35,201 nucleotides of DNA. Source: Chiloscyllium plagiosum (taxonomy: Eukaryota). The stretch is taken from positions 16,936,820 to 16,972,020 of the forward strand of contig NC_057746.1 of the NCBI RefSeq assembly GCF_004010195.1, in the 5' to 3' direction. Shown in pieces: positions 1 to 13,409 of this stretch. A program made the position numbers and the translations under genes. The notes below the pieces were generated by a model that was given only the letters and a program-made list of their open reading frames with translations, was not told where the DNA came from and made no database searches. How positions within the stretch are numbered: the first letter of the stretch is position 1; the number at the start of each line of letters is the position of its first letter.

Positions 1-77
1 TCAAACTACCTGTACTCACTGTCTCTCAATGCCACCACCTCCCCTACACCACTTTACATCCTTCCCAACCCACTCAC

Positions 78-277
78 CGACTTTCAGTTCCCTCTGTCCA
101 TATTCCAGGTATTTCTTCAGCCACTCGACACACTTCTCCTCGAGGTAATGCTTCCACCTCTGCTTGTCCACCACAAACTGGTCCCATTTGTTTTTGATAC
201 TTTCCGCCTAGGGGACTGGGGTCACCCACACCATGTGATCCTTATCGAAGCTCATCAAAGCTCGTCCATCCCATCCT
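78..277 (-). pseudogene. MHC class I copy A, truncated alpha2 exon with nonsense codon
   Basis: GWDGRALMSFDKDHMVWVTPVP*AESIKNKWD...LKKYLEYGQRELKV; TGG>TAG at 208-210. Donor G|GTGAGT is intact. Homology to copy B stops near 277. Confidence 0.92.
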
Positions 278-1149
278 AATGTGGAGATAATGAAACAGCC
301 AAAAAAATATTGTTTATNNNNNNNNNNNNNNNNNNNNNNNNNNNNNNNNNNNNNNNNNNNNNNNNNNNNNNNNNNNNNNNNNNNNNNNNNNNNNNNNNNN
401 NNNNNNNNNNNNNNNNNNNNNNNNNNNNNNNNNNNNNNNNNNNNNNNNNNNNNNNNNNNNNNNNNNNNNNNNNNNNNNNNNNNNNNNNNNNNNNNNNNNN
501 NNNNNNNNNNNNNNNNNNNNNNNNNNNNNNNNNNNNNNNNNNNTTTCTCCCACCCCCAACTGTCCTTGACAATGTGGCAGCAAGCTGTCGTTTTGGACCA
601 ATTCAGTCTGTGTGGTGTAGTTACACACATAATGCTGGTCCCAGGTGATAATGTCAATTAACTCCTTTAATTCCAAACTTTGCTAAATTGTGGGAAACCA
701 GATCAATGATGTAAACCTTTTACTGGAATATTTGTAAACGTTGTATTCCAATTCTGACGCTAACTATACTGAAGCCACTGTTTAATGATCTTTCTACCCC
801 TCAAGTCATCATTGTGCAACTTTTCAGTGTAGGTACCCAAAATGAGTGGGATTAGATTCTCTACTGGCTGAAAGTTTGAAGTGCTCATTGCCTGAACATT
901 ATGTGGTGTAGATGTTACCAGCTGCATATTCGTCCCAGCCTGAGTGGTGAAAGACGAGGATGGGATCCTGAGCTTTATTAAGACAGGTATTTCCCAATAG
1001 GTTTGAACTGAATTTCCATCTGAATGGTAATCTCAGTTTTCTCAGAAGAGAACCTTGATTAAAGCCTTTGCGGAACATATGAAGAATTGGTCTCAGTGTG
1101 AACGTCCACGTGACAAATCCTGTACCAAACTGGTCCAGATGAACTTCCA

Positions 1150-1990
1150 ATCTATCCTTCCATTAACACCAACAGAAGAATTCTCCCAAATGTGGAAGAC
1201 TTCCCCTACCTGGGAGGCTACATCTCATCTAAGACTGACATCAGTGCTGAGATTCAACATCCCATCCAACCTCTGAGGGCTATCTTCCAATTCCTAAGGA
1301 TGAGAGTCTTTGATGACCAGGATATCAGTGCTGATACCTGGTTCCTCATATATAAAGGAGAAAGTGAGGACTGCCGATACTGGAGATCAGAGCTGAAAAA
1401 TGTGTTGCTGGAAAAGCGCAGCAGGTCAGGCAGCATCAAAGGAACAGGAGAATCGACATTTCGGGCATAAGCCCTTCTTCAGGATTGATTCCTGAAGAAG
1501 GGCTTATGCCCAAAACGTCAATTCTCCTGCTCCTTTGATGCTGCCTGACTTGCTGCGCTTTCCCAGCAACACATTTTTTCAGCTCCTCATATATAAGGCA
1601 GGCATTCTACTTTTCCACATGACTCCAAAACTTTGGACTATATACAGATCACACCTCAAAAACACTTGACAAATCCCATCAAGATTGTTCAAGACAGATA
1701 CTCTGCATCAACTGGGAGCACAAATGTGCTAATATCAACATCCTATTGTGCCAGCATCGAGGCCACTATAATCTGAAACCAACTCTGGCATCCTAAGCAC
1801 ATGGCCAGGCAGAGTTCCTATTGCCAAAAGAAATCATCATCACCCACTTAAGAATGCTTTTGAATAAGAGGCAAAGGAAGCATTTCAAAGACACGCTGAA
1901 GTCTTTGCTCAAGAAATGCAACATAGATATCTTTGCATTGAAGCCCCTCACTCAGAAAAAACGATTTTGGAGGAAACTAACTTTGGAGTG
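1150..1990 (+). mobile_element. RTE-clade LINE RT C-terminal remnant, split by the 1356-1583 insertion
   Basis: FPYLGGYISSKTDISAEIQH..LRMRVFDDQDI..IYK, continuing ..KTWTIYRSHLK after the insert. Confidence 0.65.
1356..1583. mobile_element. Palindromic Penelope-terminus mini-element with two opposed hammerhead-like cores
   Basis: Inverted arms of about 94 bp (1391-1484 / 1490-1584); direct flanking repeat TCCTCATATATAA (1343-1355, 1584-1596). Confidence 0.85.
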
Positions 1991-2809
1991 ATTTGTACCA
2001 GGAGCAGACAGGTGGGACTAGTCTAGTTTGGGATTAAGGTTGGTGTGGACTAGTTGGACCAAAGGGTCTGTTTCCTTGCTGTATGACTCTACGAGTGTGA
2101 AGGAATAAAATTCTTTGAGAACATGTGGTGACAAGAGGAAGTATGGAAAAGAAACTGGGGAAAGGGATGCCAATGATTTCAAGACTAAGGAACAATTCCA
2201 GCTCCCAGAAACTCCTGTCAAACGTGCTTTTAGAGATGGAACCCTAGGATTGGAATCATCAGCCATATAAGGACCCACAGAATCAATGACCTGGAGTATC
2301 CTAGGTGGACAATCATATTGATTAGTGAAGGGTCACCAACATCAGGATTGCTTTTATAACTTTCACAAACAGAGACCCCAATTTCTGACAGATATAACTT
2401 AAATTCCTGAATATATTCTAAAAATAACTAGATTTTCCAAAGAGCCAAAAGGAACAGGCTCAAGGGGATAAATATTCTCTTCCAATTCTTATGGCCTTTT
2501 CTTTAATTCATTCAAGGATTGTGGTATATTTGGATAGTGAGCTCTTACTGTCTATCCTTAATTGTCCAGAGGGCAGTTATAATGCATGCCCATTCTCGTG
2601 GGTCTAGAGTCACATGCAGGTGAGACCAGGAATAGGCATCAGTCTTCCTTCCCTAAAAAGAACATTACTGAATAAGATGGATACTATGACAATATTCTTC
2701 TACATTCTTCATTCCTACTGACTTCCTTTCCTCACTCTCCAACTAAATGACGCTGTCTTTCTATTCCACCCTATTCTCCAGATCTCTGCGTGACACTCCT
2801 TCCTTAATC

Positions 2810-5220
2810 GAGAGTGTTTTGCTGGAAAAGAACATGAGGTCAGGCAACATCCGAGGAGAATCGACATTTCGGTCATAAGCCCTTCATTGGGACTGAGGCT
2901 TTTGGGCTGGGGCTGAGAGATAAATGGAAGGGGCATTGGGTTTGGTGGGGAAAGATAGCTGAGAAAGCGATAGGTGGATGAAGATGAGAGAGAAGATGAT
3001 AAGTCAGAGGGGGGAGTGGAACGGATGGATGGGAAAGGTGACGGAGAGGTTAGGAGGGCGGTGCTGAGTTGGAGGCTTGGGACTGGGAAAATGTGGGGGG
3101 GTGGGGGGAAAGAAATGAGGAAGCTGTTGAAATCCACATTTATCCCATATGGTTGCAGGGTCCCAAGGCAGATTATAAGGCGTTCTTCCTCCAGGCATTG
3201 GGTGGTAATGTTTTGGCGGTAGAGGCGGCCCAGGACCTGCATGTCCTTAACTCCCCCTCCCATTCTGTTGAAGTGTTCAGTCACAGGGCAGTAGGGTTGG
3301 CTGGTGTGGGTGTCCCAGTGAAGTTCTCTGAAACAATCCACAAGAAGGCGTCCTGTCCTCCCAATGTGGAAGAGATCATATGAGGTGCAACGGATGCAGT
3401 AGATGACATTGGTAGAGGTACAGGTAAATTTCTGATGGATGTGGAAGGATCTCTTGGGACCTTGGAGGAAGGTGAGGGGAGTGGTGTGGGCATAGGTTTT
3501 GCACTTCCTGCGGTGGCAGGGAAAGGTGCGGGCTTGTGTGGTGTGTGTCCCTGACGAGGAAGTCGCAGAGGGAATGGTCTCTCCGGAATGCTGATAGGGG
3601 TGGGAGGGAAACATGTCTTTTGTGGTGGGGTCCATTTGTAGGTGGCGGAAATGGTGGAGGATGATGCAATGTATGCAGAGGTTAGTAGGGTGGAAGGTGA
3701 GGACCGGTGGCGGACGAGGGAGTTCTGTCTTGTTGCATTGGGAGCAGTGGGGTTCAAGGGCAGTGGTGCATGAAGTACAGAAGATGCACTAGAGGGCATC
3801 ATCAACCACATGGGAAGGGAAGTTGCGATTTTGGAAGAAGGAGGCTATCTGGGACTTTCACAGGTGGAATTGGTCATCCTGGGAACAAATGCGGCAGAGG
3901 TGGAGGAATTGGGAATAAGGAATGGCGTTTTTACAGGAGGGAGGATGGGAGTTGATGGACTTGTAGTAGATACCTGTAGTTAGTCGGTCACCGGAGATGA
4001 TAATGCAGAGGTCCAGGAGGGGAGGGAGGTGTACGAGATGATCCAGATGAATTTGAGGTCGGGGTGGAAGGTGTTGGTAAAGTTCCCAACGTCCTTCTGG
4101 GAGCATGAGGTGGCACCGATACAGTCATCGATACAGCAGAGGAACAGGTTGGGGGTGGTGCTGGTGTAACTGCATAAGATGGACTGTTCCACATACCTGA
4201 CAAACAGGCAGGAGTAGCTGGGTCCCATGCAGGTACCCACGGCTACCCCTTTGGGTTGAAGAATGTGGGAGGATTGCAAGGAAAGGTTGTTGAGGGTGAG
4301 AACCAGTTCAGCCAGGCAGATGAGGGTTTTGGTGGAAGGGTACTGGTTGGGACGGAGTGAGAGGAAGAAACGGAGTGCTTGGGAGACCTTCATTGTGGCA
4401 GATCGATGTGTATAAGGACTGGATGTCCATGGTGAAGATGAGGCGTCGGGGGCTGGGGAAACGGAAATCATGGAGGAGATGAAGTGCATGGGAGGTGTCA
4501 CGAACATAGGTGGGGAGTCCCTGGACTAAGAGAGACAGATCAGTGTCGAGGAAGGAAGAGATGAGTTAATTGGAACAGGCGCAGGCTGAGACAGTGGGTC
4601 GACCGAGAAAGTCAGGTTTGTGAATTTTCGGTAGAAAGTAGATTGGGTAGTGCTGGATTCACACACAATGCGATTGGAGGCTGTGAATGGGAGATCCTCA
4701 GAGGTGATGAGGTTGTGGATGGCCTGGGAGATGATGTTTTGGTGATGGGACATGATCAAGGGGACAGTAGGAGGAAGTGTCTGCGAATTGGCACCTGGCT
4801 TCAGCGGTGTAGAGATCGGTCCGCCACACTACTACTGTGCTGACCCCCCCCCCCCCCTCCCTTGTCTGCAGGTTTGATGTGGAGGTTGGGATTGGAGCGG
4901 AGGGAGTGGAGGGCTGCGCATTATGAGAGTGAGTGGTTGGAGTGGGTGAGGGCGGTGGACACATTGAGGCTGTTGATGTCACAGCGGCAGTTTGTAATGA
5001 AGAGGTCAAGAGTGGGTAACAGGCCAGCATGGGGTGTCCAGGTGGATAGTTGTGTGTTGGAAGTGGGAGAAGAGATCCTCAGTGGGTGGGCAGGTGTCTT
5101 GGTTGAAAGTGTGGGCATGGGAGTGGCGGAAGAAATGTTCAAGGTCACACCATGTGTTGAACTCATTAATCTGGGTGCGTAGATGGATGAAAATGAAGCC
5201 TTTGCTGTAGACTAAATGTT
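2810..5220 (-). mobile_element. Penelope-like retroelement (RT + GIY-YIG endonuclease), degenerate
   Basis: RT motifs LAELVLTLNN, GVAVGTCMGPSY and CIDDCIG; GIY-YIG-type FTCTSTNVIYCIRC..HIGRTGR; many frameshifts. The 3' terminus has a decayed hammerhead-like motif at about 2859-2895. Confidence 0.9.
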
Positions 5221-6411
5221 CGTTCTTTAATTACTTAAATGGGGTTCATTGTCTGTTCAAATTGACATCTTTTGTTTTTAGATATTGGCCAGGATCTCAA
5301 GCATGGCTCAAGTGTTCTTATGGTTTCTGGAGTCTCGCTGAGGTGTTCCAGGTCCAGCAACAGTGACACCAATGCCCCAGGACTCCCCAGCTCGGCAACA
5401 TCAGAGGAATCCCTGCTCCAGGTTCACAAATCATTTCACTATTTCTATAGTCTGGCTGTTATAATTAGCTAGCATGGCAAGAAGACAGTTTGAGACTTAC
5501 ACAACAGACATTTTAAAGTCAGTTTCTTAAATGTGAAACCAGCTAAAATGATTCGTGAGCCTCGATCATGAAGCAATTTCAAAATAAGGAATTAATTAAT
5601 ATGAATTAGCAATGACGAGGCATGTAACCTATAGTAAAGTCATGATATCTTTTAATAATATATTATTGTAAATATACATTGAGTTATTACTCCACAAATG
5701 GCAAATCTCAAGCAAACAATAAGAGCTGCTGAGCTGAAGCTTTCCTACTTGGCCTTAGTATTCAATACACTCAGTAAATTGGGTAAAGAATTGGACATTA
5801 TTAGGCATTATTGAAATACACTACCACAATATACAAATGTTTTGATGAGTCCTGGTGTACTACTGAAGCGGAAATTGTTCACAAACTTGGGAAAGTATCT
5901 TGTGTGTCAGTCAGCAATCATAATTAAACAGACAGTTACGTTAGTCAATGAGTGTACAACAGTTAGGCTGCTTGGAGAGAATGAACTAAGAGTTAATGAT
6001 AGAGAATTAAATTGAGAAGAATTTGTTCACCTGTTACCAAGTGCTGGGTAAAGGAGAAAACTTCACAATTCACGTCAATCTCATCACGTGACATTGTTAA
6101 AGGTATAATTCTCAAGTTAACTTTTTTATCTTTTCCTTTCACTTAAAAACATCTCTATCATTTTAACATTTTTACTTTTCTCTCTTTAAATTGTCAATAT
6201 ATCTTTTGAATTTTGCAAATAAAGATTTTGTTCTCGCCTTATGGTTGTCTCGTACTAACCTAAATTTAAGACAATGGAGTTACTGACGTTTAAAACCTGA
6301 AATTAGATAAATATTACCCCATAAACCATTCTGATAGTAACATTGATCAAAGGTTAAACTCCCAGTTCTCAACCTGGCTCTGCCCCGGCCTCTCACACCC
6401 CCATTACTCAC

Positions 6412-6460
6412 CTGCAGAGAGCTCTCCCCACAGAAGCCCCAGCACTATCAGTCCAATCAT
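6412..6460 (-). pseudogene. MHC class I copy A, leader exon (no alpha1 exon visible downstream)
   Basis: Encodes the same MIGLIVLGLLWGELSA, donor G|GTGAGT. Intron 1 homology to copy B ends near 6050. Confidence 0.88.
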
Positions 6461-6542
6461 CGTGACTTCAGTTGACAGTCTGGGAGGAGAAATTAATTTC
6501 CAGCGGACTGTCTCAGCTGTGCCTTGGACTGATATTAAACTG

Positions 6543-6745
6543 ATATCGATTCTCCTGCTCCTCGGATTCTGCCTGGCCTGCTGTGCTTTCCCAGCACCAT
6601 ACTCTTGACTCTGATCTGCAGTTCTCACTTTCTCCTAATATTAACCCGTTCTGAAGAAGGGTCACTTGACCCAAAATGTTAACTCCGACACCTCTCCACA
6701 GATGCTGCCGAACCAGCTAAGCATTTTTGCAATTTCAGTATTAGT
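6543..6745 (+). mobile_element. Two nested Penelope-terminus fragments between promoter and ATG of copy A
   Basis: 6545-6637 matches the first subfamily tail; 6648-6745 has GTTCTGAAGAAGGGTCACTTGACCCAAAATGTTAAC of the second subfamily. Confidence 0.65.
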
Positions 6746-6769
6746 TCCTTTTCCTGTTCATTGACATAC

Positions 6770-6920
6770 CTTCACATTGATTGATCCCAAAATATCATCG
6801 GTCCAATTACAATAAAAAGACTCAGTGAATCATCAGGGTCCGGCAAAATAGAAAACAAATAGATTGCATAACCCCACCCAGGCTTGGGACCGAAGCAAGT
6901 AAACACTTCCACTCTCATTT
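6770..6920 (-). promoter_or_regulatory. Decayed paralogous class I promoter of copy A
   Basis: Aligns with 20600-20750; only the Y-box CCAAT (6803-6807) is intact. Confidence 0.65.
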
Positions 6921-7169
6921 CTAGTTCCTGGGAGAAGGAACTGAGCTGCAATTCACTTTCGGGACAGAAGCCATTCAGCCCCTTGATGCTGCCTCACCAT
7001 CCAATGACAAGATTGCTGAGCTTAACTCCAGTTTCATCTCCTTCAATCACCATTAGTCAAACCTTAGTCTCCAAAACTGTAATTATCCCTGGTATGGAGG
7101 TGCTTTTGCGTTATCCCCATTCACAGACCTTTAGTGGAGATATGTTTTAATGGATCCTTTGTGTGAGGG

Positions 7170-7470
7170 AAGGTGGTGATGTCACTGGGCTGAGAATCCC
7201 CCCAGCTAATGATCTGGGACATGGGTTGACATCCCCCATGGCAGACAGTGAGGTTTGAATTCAATAAAAAAAATCTAGAACTGAAAGCTAGTCTCGTGGT
7301 GGACATGTACCCAATGGTGATACATGTAAAACCATCTAGTTCACTCACAGGAAATCTTCTGTTTTTATCTGGTCTGGGCCTACATGTGACTCCAGACCCA
7401 CAGCAATTGCACTCTGGTCAAATAGGGCTGGACAATAAATAATACCTAGTCAATGATGTCCACATTCAAT
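7170..7470 (+). mobile_element. tRNA-derived SINE-like element
   Basis: A-box-like gtggtgatgtcactgg and B-box-like gggttgacatccc; paralog at 21015-21255. Confidence 0.55.
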
Positions 7471-7479
7471 GAACAAAAT

Positions 7480-9010
7480 AAAGTCTTCTGTGTGGAAATG
7501 GGCTTCCTGAGACTGCCCCAAAATCCTGCCAAACCTGACATCAAGGTACAGTTAAACTCGAGGAGTATAAAGCAAAGACTGTGGGCCCTAACAAATTCTT
7601 TGGAGTTATGTGCCCCCAGTGAAACTGTTCAGGTACAGCAATCTCAGACACAGGACAGCACTGCTGGAGTTCATCACGAAACATTGTTAGGTCCAAAAAT
7701 TTTCAACTCCTTCATCAATGACCTTCTCCTCATCCTAAAGTCAGAAGTTGAGACGTTCACTGATGGTTGTATATTTTTCAGTCTGAGACCTCAGATGCTG
7801 AATCAGTTCATGTATTTATGTAACAAGACTCATGATACAACATTGGGCTAGCAGGTGGGAAATCACATTCATGCCAAAAAAGTACCAGGCAATGACCATC
7901 TTCAACAAGACTGAATCTCAACATCTTTCATTCATCTCACCACTTTGACATTCACAGGCTTTATCATCACTGAATATCCCACCATCCATATTAAGTTGTA
8001 TTCCACTGGCCAGGACCTGAATGCGACCAGTTTTTAATTTTTTTTAAATTTTAAAATGATTTTAACAGTCAGGAAGAGGGTGGGGTTTCTGCAGTAAGTA
8101 GTTCATCTCCTGGCTCCCCAAGGTGTGTTCACCATCAACAAGATGCTCATGGTGTTCAGAGGGAATGTGAGCTGTGAGCAGGATGCAGAGATATATCAGT
8201 GTATTTTAGACAAGTTGAATGAGTGGGCAAATGCATGGCAGATGTAATATAATGTAATATTCACCTTATGTTCTTCAGTAGTAAAAACAGGAAGGCAGAT
8301 TATTATTTGAATGGTGATATGTTGGGAAAAGGGAAGGTGCAACAAAAGCTGTACAACAGTCTCTGAAGGTAAACATGCAGGCGAGGCAGGCAATAAAGAA
8401 CAAAAATGGCATGTTGAGCTTCATAGTGAGAATGTTTGAGTGCAGGAGCAGGGACATCTTGCTGCAGTTGTACAGGCACTTGATGATACCACACTGAGAA
8501 TATTCTATACAGTTGTGGTCACATTATCAGAGGCAAGATATTCAGCTGACAGAGAGAGAGCAACAAACATTTATCATATCAACTCCCAGGAAAGCAGGAC
8601 TGATATATGAGAGAGACTGGATCGGTTAGGACTCTATGCACGAGAGTTTAACAGAATGAGGAGTGAGATCTCATAGAAACCCAGGACTAGACAGGGTAAA
8701 TGCAGGGAAAATCCCAAAGACCAAGGAGTCCAGACAATAGGTCACAGTCTAAGGATGTGCAGGAGGCCACTTCGGACTGAGTTGGGAAGAAATGTCTGCA
8801 TCCAGAGAGTGGTGAGCCTCTGCCACAATGTCATACTGAATATTTGGAGGAAAAAGTTAGATACAGTTCTTAGGGCTAAAGGAATCAATGTGGAGAAAAA
8901 ATGGAATTAGGGTCCTGAGTTGGACAATCAGCCATGATCATTTTGAATGGTGGAGCAGAGTTAAAAGGATGAATGACCTTCTCCTGTTCCTACTTCCTCT
9001 GTTTCTGTGA
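7480..9010 (+). mobile_element. Decayed CR1-type LINE fragments with 3' tail
   Basis: LGPKIFNSFINDL remnant; CR1 C-terminal homology 8150-8900; tail cagccatgatc..gaatggtggagcag..ctcctgttcct. Confidence 0.7.
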
Positions 9011-9959
9011 TTTCCGTCACTGTTGGGGTGTTCACCTTTTATGGCAATGACTCTCACTCTGAGATGGATGTACTTTGCCAATGTCTAGCTTTCACATCCA
9101 GTTTTGAATGTTGCAAACATTACTTCGAAGTGGTGCAAAGAAAATATACAGTGAAGGTGGAAACCCATCATAATTGTGTAGAGATGGAAAGCAGCAGTCA
9201 GTCTCAACGATGGTACTGCCTGAATTCCTACTGGACATTCTGGAAATCTGGGAATATGGGATTTCTGTGGAAATCTGGGAATATGAGTGAGGTGGAGGCG
9301 AGTTAGATATTGTTACTGTCTTTGTTACTGTTTACAAAGTTACAGTCTTTGCTGCTCCACACTCCCTTACTGTATCCACCTTTGGCCTTTGTTCATTGAG
9401 CCCACCAGGTGGCTCATGAACTGTGCACACAGTATCTTTGGCAGTGCTTCTGTTACCCGCTGGAAAGGGAAGCCCTTTAGGAATGTCAGGCAGGAGTGTT
9501 CTCTGTCCAGGATATTCTGATGGGAGACCAGTACAGAGGTGGTGTCTTTCATTGCCAGGCTGGCATTTTTGCTGAATGTTCTGTAAGTCAGTGCAACAGT
9601 TGGTGTTACCCTGAACATTGAATGATTGGTCCGGACCTGGAAACAGAATGTGTGGGATTTTCTGCACAATTCCATCCATTCTCTCAGACAGCAACTTCTG
9701 CACAATGCTGTGGGGAGCTGCTGGAATTGTCACATCGCTATCAGCTGATGGAGAAAACAATCTCACTCACTGATTTTGTAGGTTTGGTCCATGAACAGTA
9801 ACCTCTGAAAATCTCCCGGTACGGCCTCTGGGCCAGCATCATACATCTTATCAGGTCATTGGATTGATGTAAGGCACTTGTCTGTCAGTTTCTGTGGCCA
9901 GAATCTTCAAGGGCTCTGACCAATGTGGGCTCTGGCCACACTCATGGAGAATTCCAGGG

Positions 9960-10520
9960 TTTTGACCCATTGACACTGATGAATAGAGATATATTTCCAA
10001 GCTAGGATGGTGAGTAGTTTGGAGGATATCATGTAGATGGTGGCTTTCCCATGTATCTGCTGCCCTTATCCTTCTGGGAGGTCATGGACATTGATGTGGA
10101 GAGCATTGTCTAAGTGCTGTGTTGAAGGTTCACAGTGCAACTTGTAAACAGTATGGACTGCTGCTACTGAGTCTTACTTGTGGAAAAGCTCGTTATGAAT
10201 GTGGTGCCAATGCATTGTCTTGGATGGTGTCAAACTTGATCAGTGTTGCTGGAATTGTACTCATATAGGTAAGTCGGGAGTATTACATCACACTCCTGAA
10301 TTGTGCACTTTTGATGGTGAACAGGCTTTGGTGAGTCAGAGGTGAGTTGCATGTTGCAGTATTCTTTGCCTCTAACTTGCTCTTGTAGCCACTGTATTAT
10401 ATGTTCAGTCCAGTTCAGTTCAGGTTCAGATTAATAGTAACCCCTCAGAGGTTGATAGTGGGATTCAGTGATGGTAAAGCTATTTATGGTCAAAGGCTGA
10501 TGGTTAGACTCTTTCTTCTT
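9960..10520 (-). mobile_element. Old CR1-type LINE fragment
   Basis: Reverse-complement similarity to the LINE remnant at 7960-8140. Confidence 0.5.
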
Positions 10521-10524
10521 GCAG

Positions 10525-10920
10525 ATGATGTGGAGGTGCTGGAATTGGACTGGGGTGGACAAAGTTAAAAATCATACAACACCAGGTTATAGACCAGCAC
10601 ATTTATTTGGAAGCACTTTCGGAGTGTTGCCCTTTCATCAGGTAGCTGTGAGACAAGATACAGAATTTATAGCAAAAGATCACAGCATCATACAACTGAA
10701 ACAATATATTGAACAAACCAAGATTGCTGTTAAGTCTTTCATCTTTCAGCGTGGTTATAGGTTTTGGTTCATTAATATGAAAATTCCAGAATTTCTTTTA
10801 AGTCACATTCTCGAGATAACTTAAGATGATATGGATTGATTGCCTGCAGATTATATTTTGCTCCAAAAGTAAGCAACATGTCTGCAAAAACAATTCTGCA
10901 AATGCAAATTCACCTGATAG
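10525..10920 (-). mobile_element. Probable third Penelope-family terminal fragment
   Basis: Minus-strand CCTGATGAAAGGGCAACACTCCGAAAG hammerhead-like remnant at about 10611-10642. Confidence 0.5.
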
Positions 10921-10922
10921 CC

Positions 10923-10923
<1 letters not shown>

Positions 10924-10956
<33 letters not shown>

Positions 10957-11165
10957 ACGCATACACATGTATGTGAGCGAGTGCAAGTGAGTTTGCGTTT
11001 ACATGTGCGTGTGTGAGTGTGACAGAGTATATTCCTGTGAGAGGGCACATGTGTGGATGTGAGTATGGGGGGACTGTGTGTGTATGACAGACACCATGTT
11101 TATGAGAGTGGGTCTGCGTGAGTGTGAGAGTATGTGGAGCTGTGTGTGTATGTGTCCGCGTGTTG
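10924..11165. repeat. (GT)n microsatellite and GT-rich tract
   Basis: Direct observation. Confidence 0.9.
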
Positions 11166-11169
11166 AGGG

Positions 11170-11452
11170 AGGATGAATTTCAAGACCAGGGACCATATTT
11201 TTAAGGTGAGAGGAGAAAGAATTTAAACCAACATGAGAGGCAACATTTTTACACTGAGAATGGTTTGTGTTTGGAATGAATTTCCAGAGGAAGTGGTGGT
11301 ACAGTTACACCATTTATATTTGGATGAGTACACAAATAGTAAATGTTTGTAGTGATATGGACCCGGCCCATCCAGGTGGGACTAGTTTAGTTTGGGAACA
11401 TAGATGGCATGGATTGTTTGGGTCGTTTCTGTTCTGTATGACTCGATGACTC
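11170..11452 (+). mobile_element. CR1 LINE 3' end
   Basis: TRDHIFKVRGER-like C-terminus and tail similar to 24670-24860. Confidence 0.65.
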
Positions 11453-13185
11453 AATAAACACCTCAGCAAAATCTCAGAGTTGGAGAGAGTGGGACAGAAA
11501 ATAGTGCAGCCTTGAACCCAAGACAGGAGTCTGGAATGCAGACCATGAGTACGCAGCTCTATTGAGACTTTGCACGAGGAAGGGTATAAATTGATAGGAG
11601 TGTGAACATGGAAACAGTTCAAGTCAGAAAGTGTGAGACTGTAGCATGGCCTGAGCAAGAGGTGGATTCATGACATCATAGTAAGGTAATGTTATCTTCC
11701 ATCAGTATCCAGAGATATTGCTGTGTAACAAGCTCATAGAAAAGGCCTCACTCAGTATTTAAGGTGCAGGAAAATTCAAATTGAGGTCTGAGATGATCCC
11801 ACTGATGAATGGCTGATGAAGATCATGTGTATGTGCTAAATTGACTGGCAGTATTGTGCAGGGGGCATGACCAATGGTATTGTGGAGACAAGGTTTCTGC
11901 TCAGGAAAAATAACCACACTGTCAAACATTAAAAATTGTTTCCCGAGATTTGGCCATCACCGGCAATGCCAGCATTTGTTGTCCAGAGGGCAGTTAAGAG
12001 CTAACTTGTTGTGTAGTGACATGTAGACCAGACTGTAATAATTTCTATCCTGGAAAGGCATTAGTGAACCAAATGGCTTTTTACAACAAACAATAAAGAT
12101 TACATTATCACCATTAAAGCTGTCTCTTCATTTTAAGTTTGACTGAATTCACATTTCACCATCTGCCAAAGAGGGATTTCAGTAATCTACAATTAACAAA
12201 ATGTAAACATTTCAATAAGCTAGATTGACAATTCAAATCACTCCTGAAATTAAGGATGAACAAATTAGAAGATCAATTCCAGCAATGGAAACCTGGCTTC
12301 CAGCAAGGACATTAGAGGATCCTGGGGAAGAGAAAAAAAGCTGTTACAGAGCACAGGAAACCCAGCAGACCCTGTAGCATCTCCCAAAAACACCAGCAGT
12401 GAAACACAAAAGTCCCATTCCCCAAACATCAGTAAAACCCCTCAGACCCACTCCCGAAAGACCAGCAAAACCCACAGGGACATGGAAGATGAGGAGGCCA
12501 TTTAGCCCCTCAATCCCGTTCCACTATTCAATCAGATCTTTGCTGGTGTGTTGCCTCAATCCATTTATGTATCTTCCATTTGTCTCTTAATTTTGAGTTT
12601 TATAGATTTTAATTCACTGAAGTTCATTTTGCATCAATTACCTTCTGAGAAAGAGAGAGTTCTAACCATTTCCCAGTCTGTATGTGTGGAAGTGTTTCCT
12701 AGTTTCACCCTCAATAGGTCTAACTTTAACTACACTGACATTCGAGTCTGAGACACCCCGCCAGTCAAAACAGTTCTCCTCTATCTCCACATGGTCTGGT
12801 CTCTTGACCTGCTCGGAGGCCTCCATCAGATCTAGACCCCACCCACCACACCGCAGTAATTCAGAATTCCGGGAGAGCAAAACTGAACTCCAGAAACAAA
12901 CTACAGCGAGAACTCTAGGAGTATTGACTCCTTTAAAAGGAGTTAATCAGCTGACAGGAAGCCCCATTCAGGATGAAAGGTTTCCAGATGTTTCTATAGC
13001 CCAAATCCCTCCTCTTGACAATATCTTGAGGCTGAGACCAGGATAAGGTCAGCCAACTGCAGAAGGACAGTCTGAAAGCTTAGTGTCAAACTGCATGAGC
13101 TGGTCTTTAGTGATTCACACAGGGAGAGAGAGAGTCTGAGCTCAGTGTCCACCCTCCAGATCATACAGCGAAAACCAGCCCCAAT

Positions 13186-13361
13186 ATAGAATAACCTCAG
13201 TTATCCAAACATCAATTATCTGAATTTCAGATTATCCAAACAAGATCTCAAGGTCTTGTCAATGCTTTGTTTCTTTATGATCAGATCAGTTATCCGAACA
13301 ATCAGTTATCCAAACCACATACTCCCCGCCCAGCTTGTTCGGATAATTGAGGTTGTTCTGT
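13186..13361. mobile_element. Tigger/pogo-like MITE
   Basis: Imperfect terminal inverted repeats agaataacctcagttatccaaaca / tgttcggataattgaggttgttct, internal ttatcc repeats; related copy at 27750-27905. Confidence 0.6.
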
Positions 13362-13409
13362 CCCAATTAGAATGATCTACTCACAACATCGACCAACAAT
13401 ATTCATGCC

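Noticed and set aside
208-676. ORFs spanning the N gap
   Set aside because: Artefacts of X translation; only the alpha2 remnant is real.
2715-4507. Active Penelope ORF
   Set aside because: Multiple frameshifts and stops, and degraded catalytic motifs.
5500-6050. Possible DNA-transposase remnant in AT-rich DNA
   Set aside because: No convincing motif or terminal repeat by eye.
9332-9766. 144-aa ORF duplicated at 24884-25111
   Set aside because: Frame not conserved between the paralogous copies; more likely a decayed repeat carried by the duplication.
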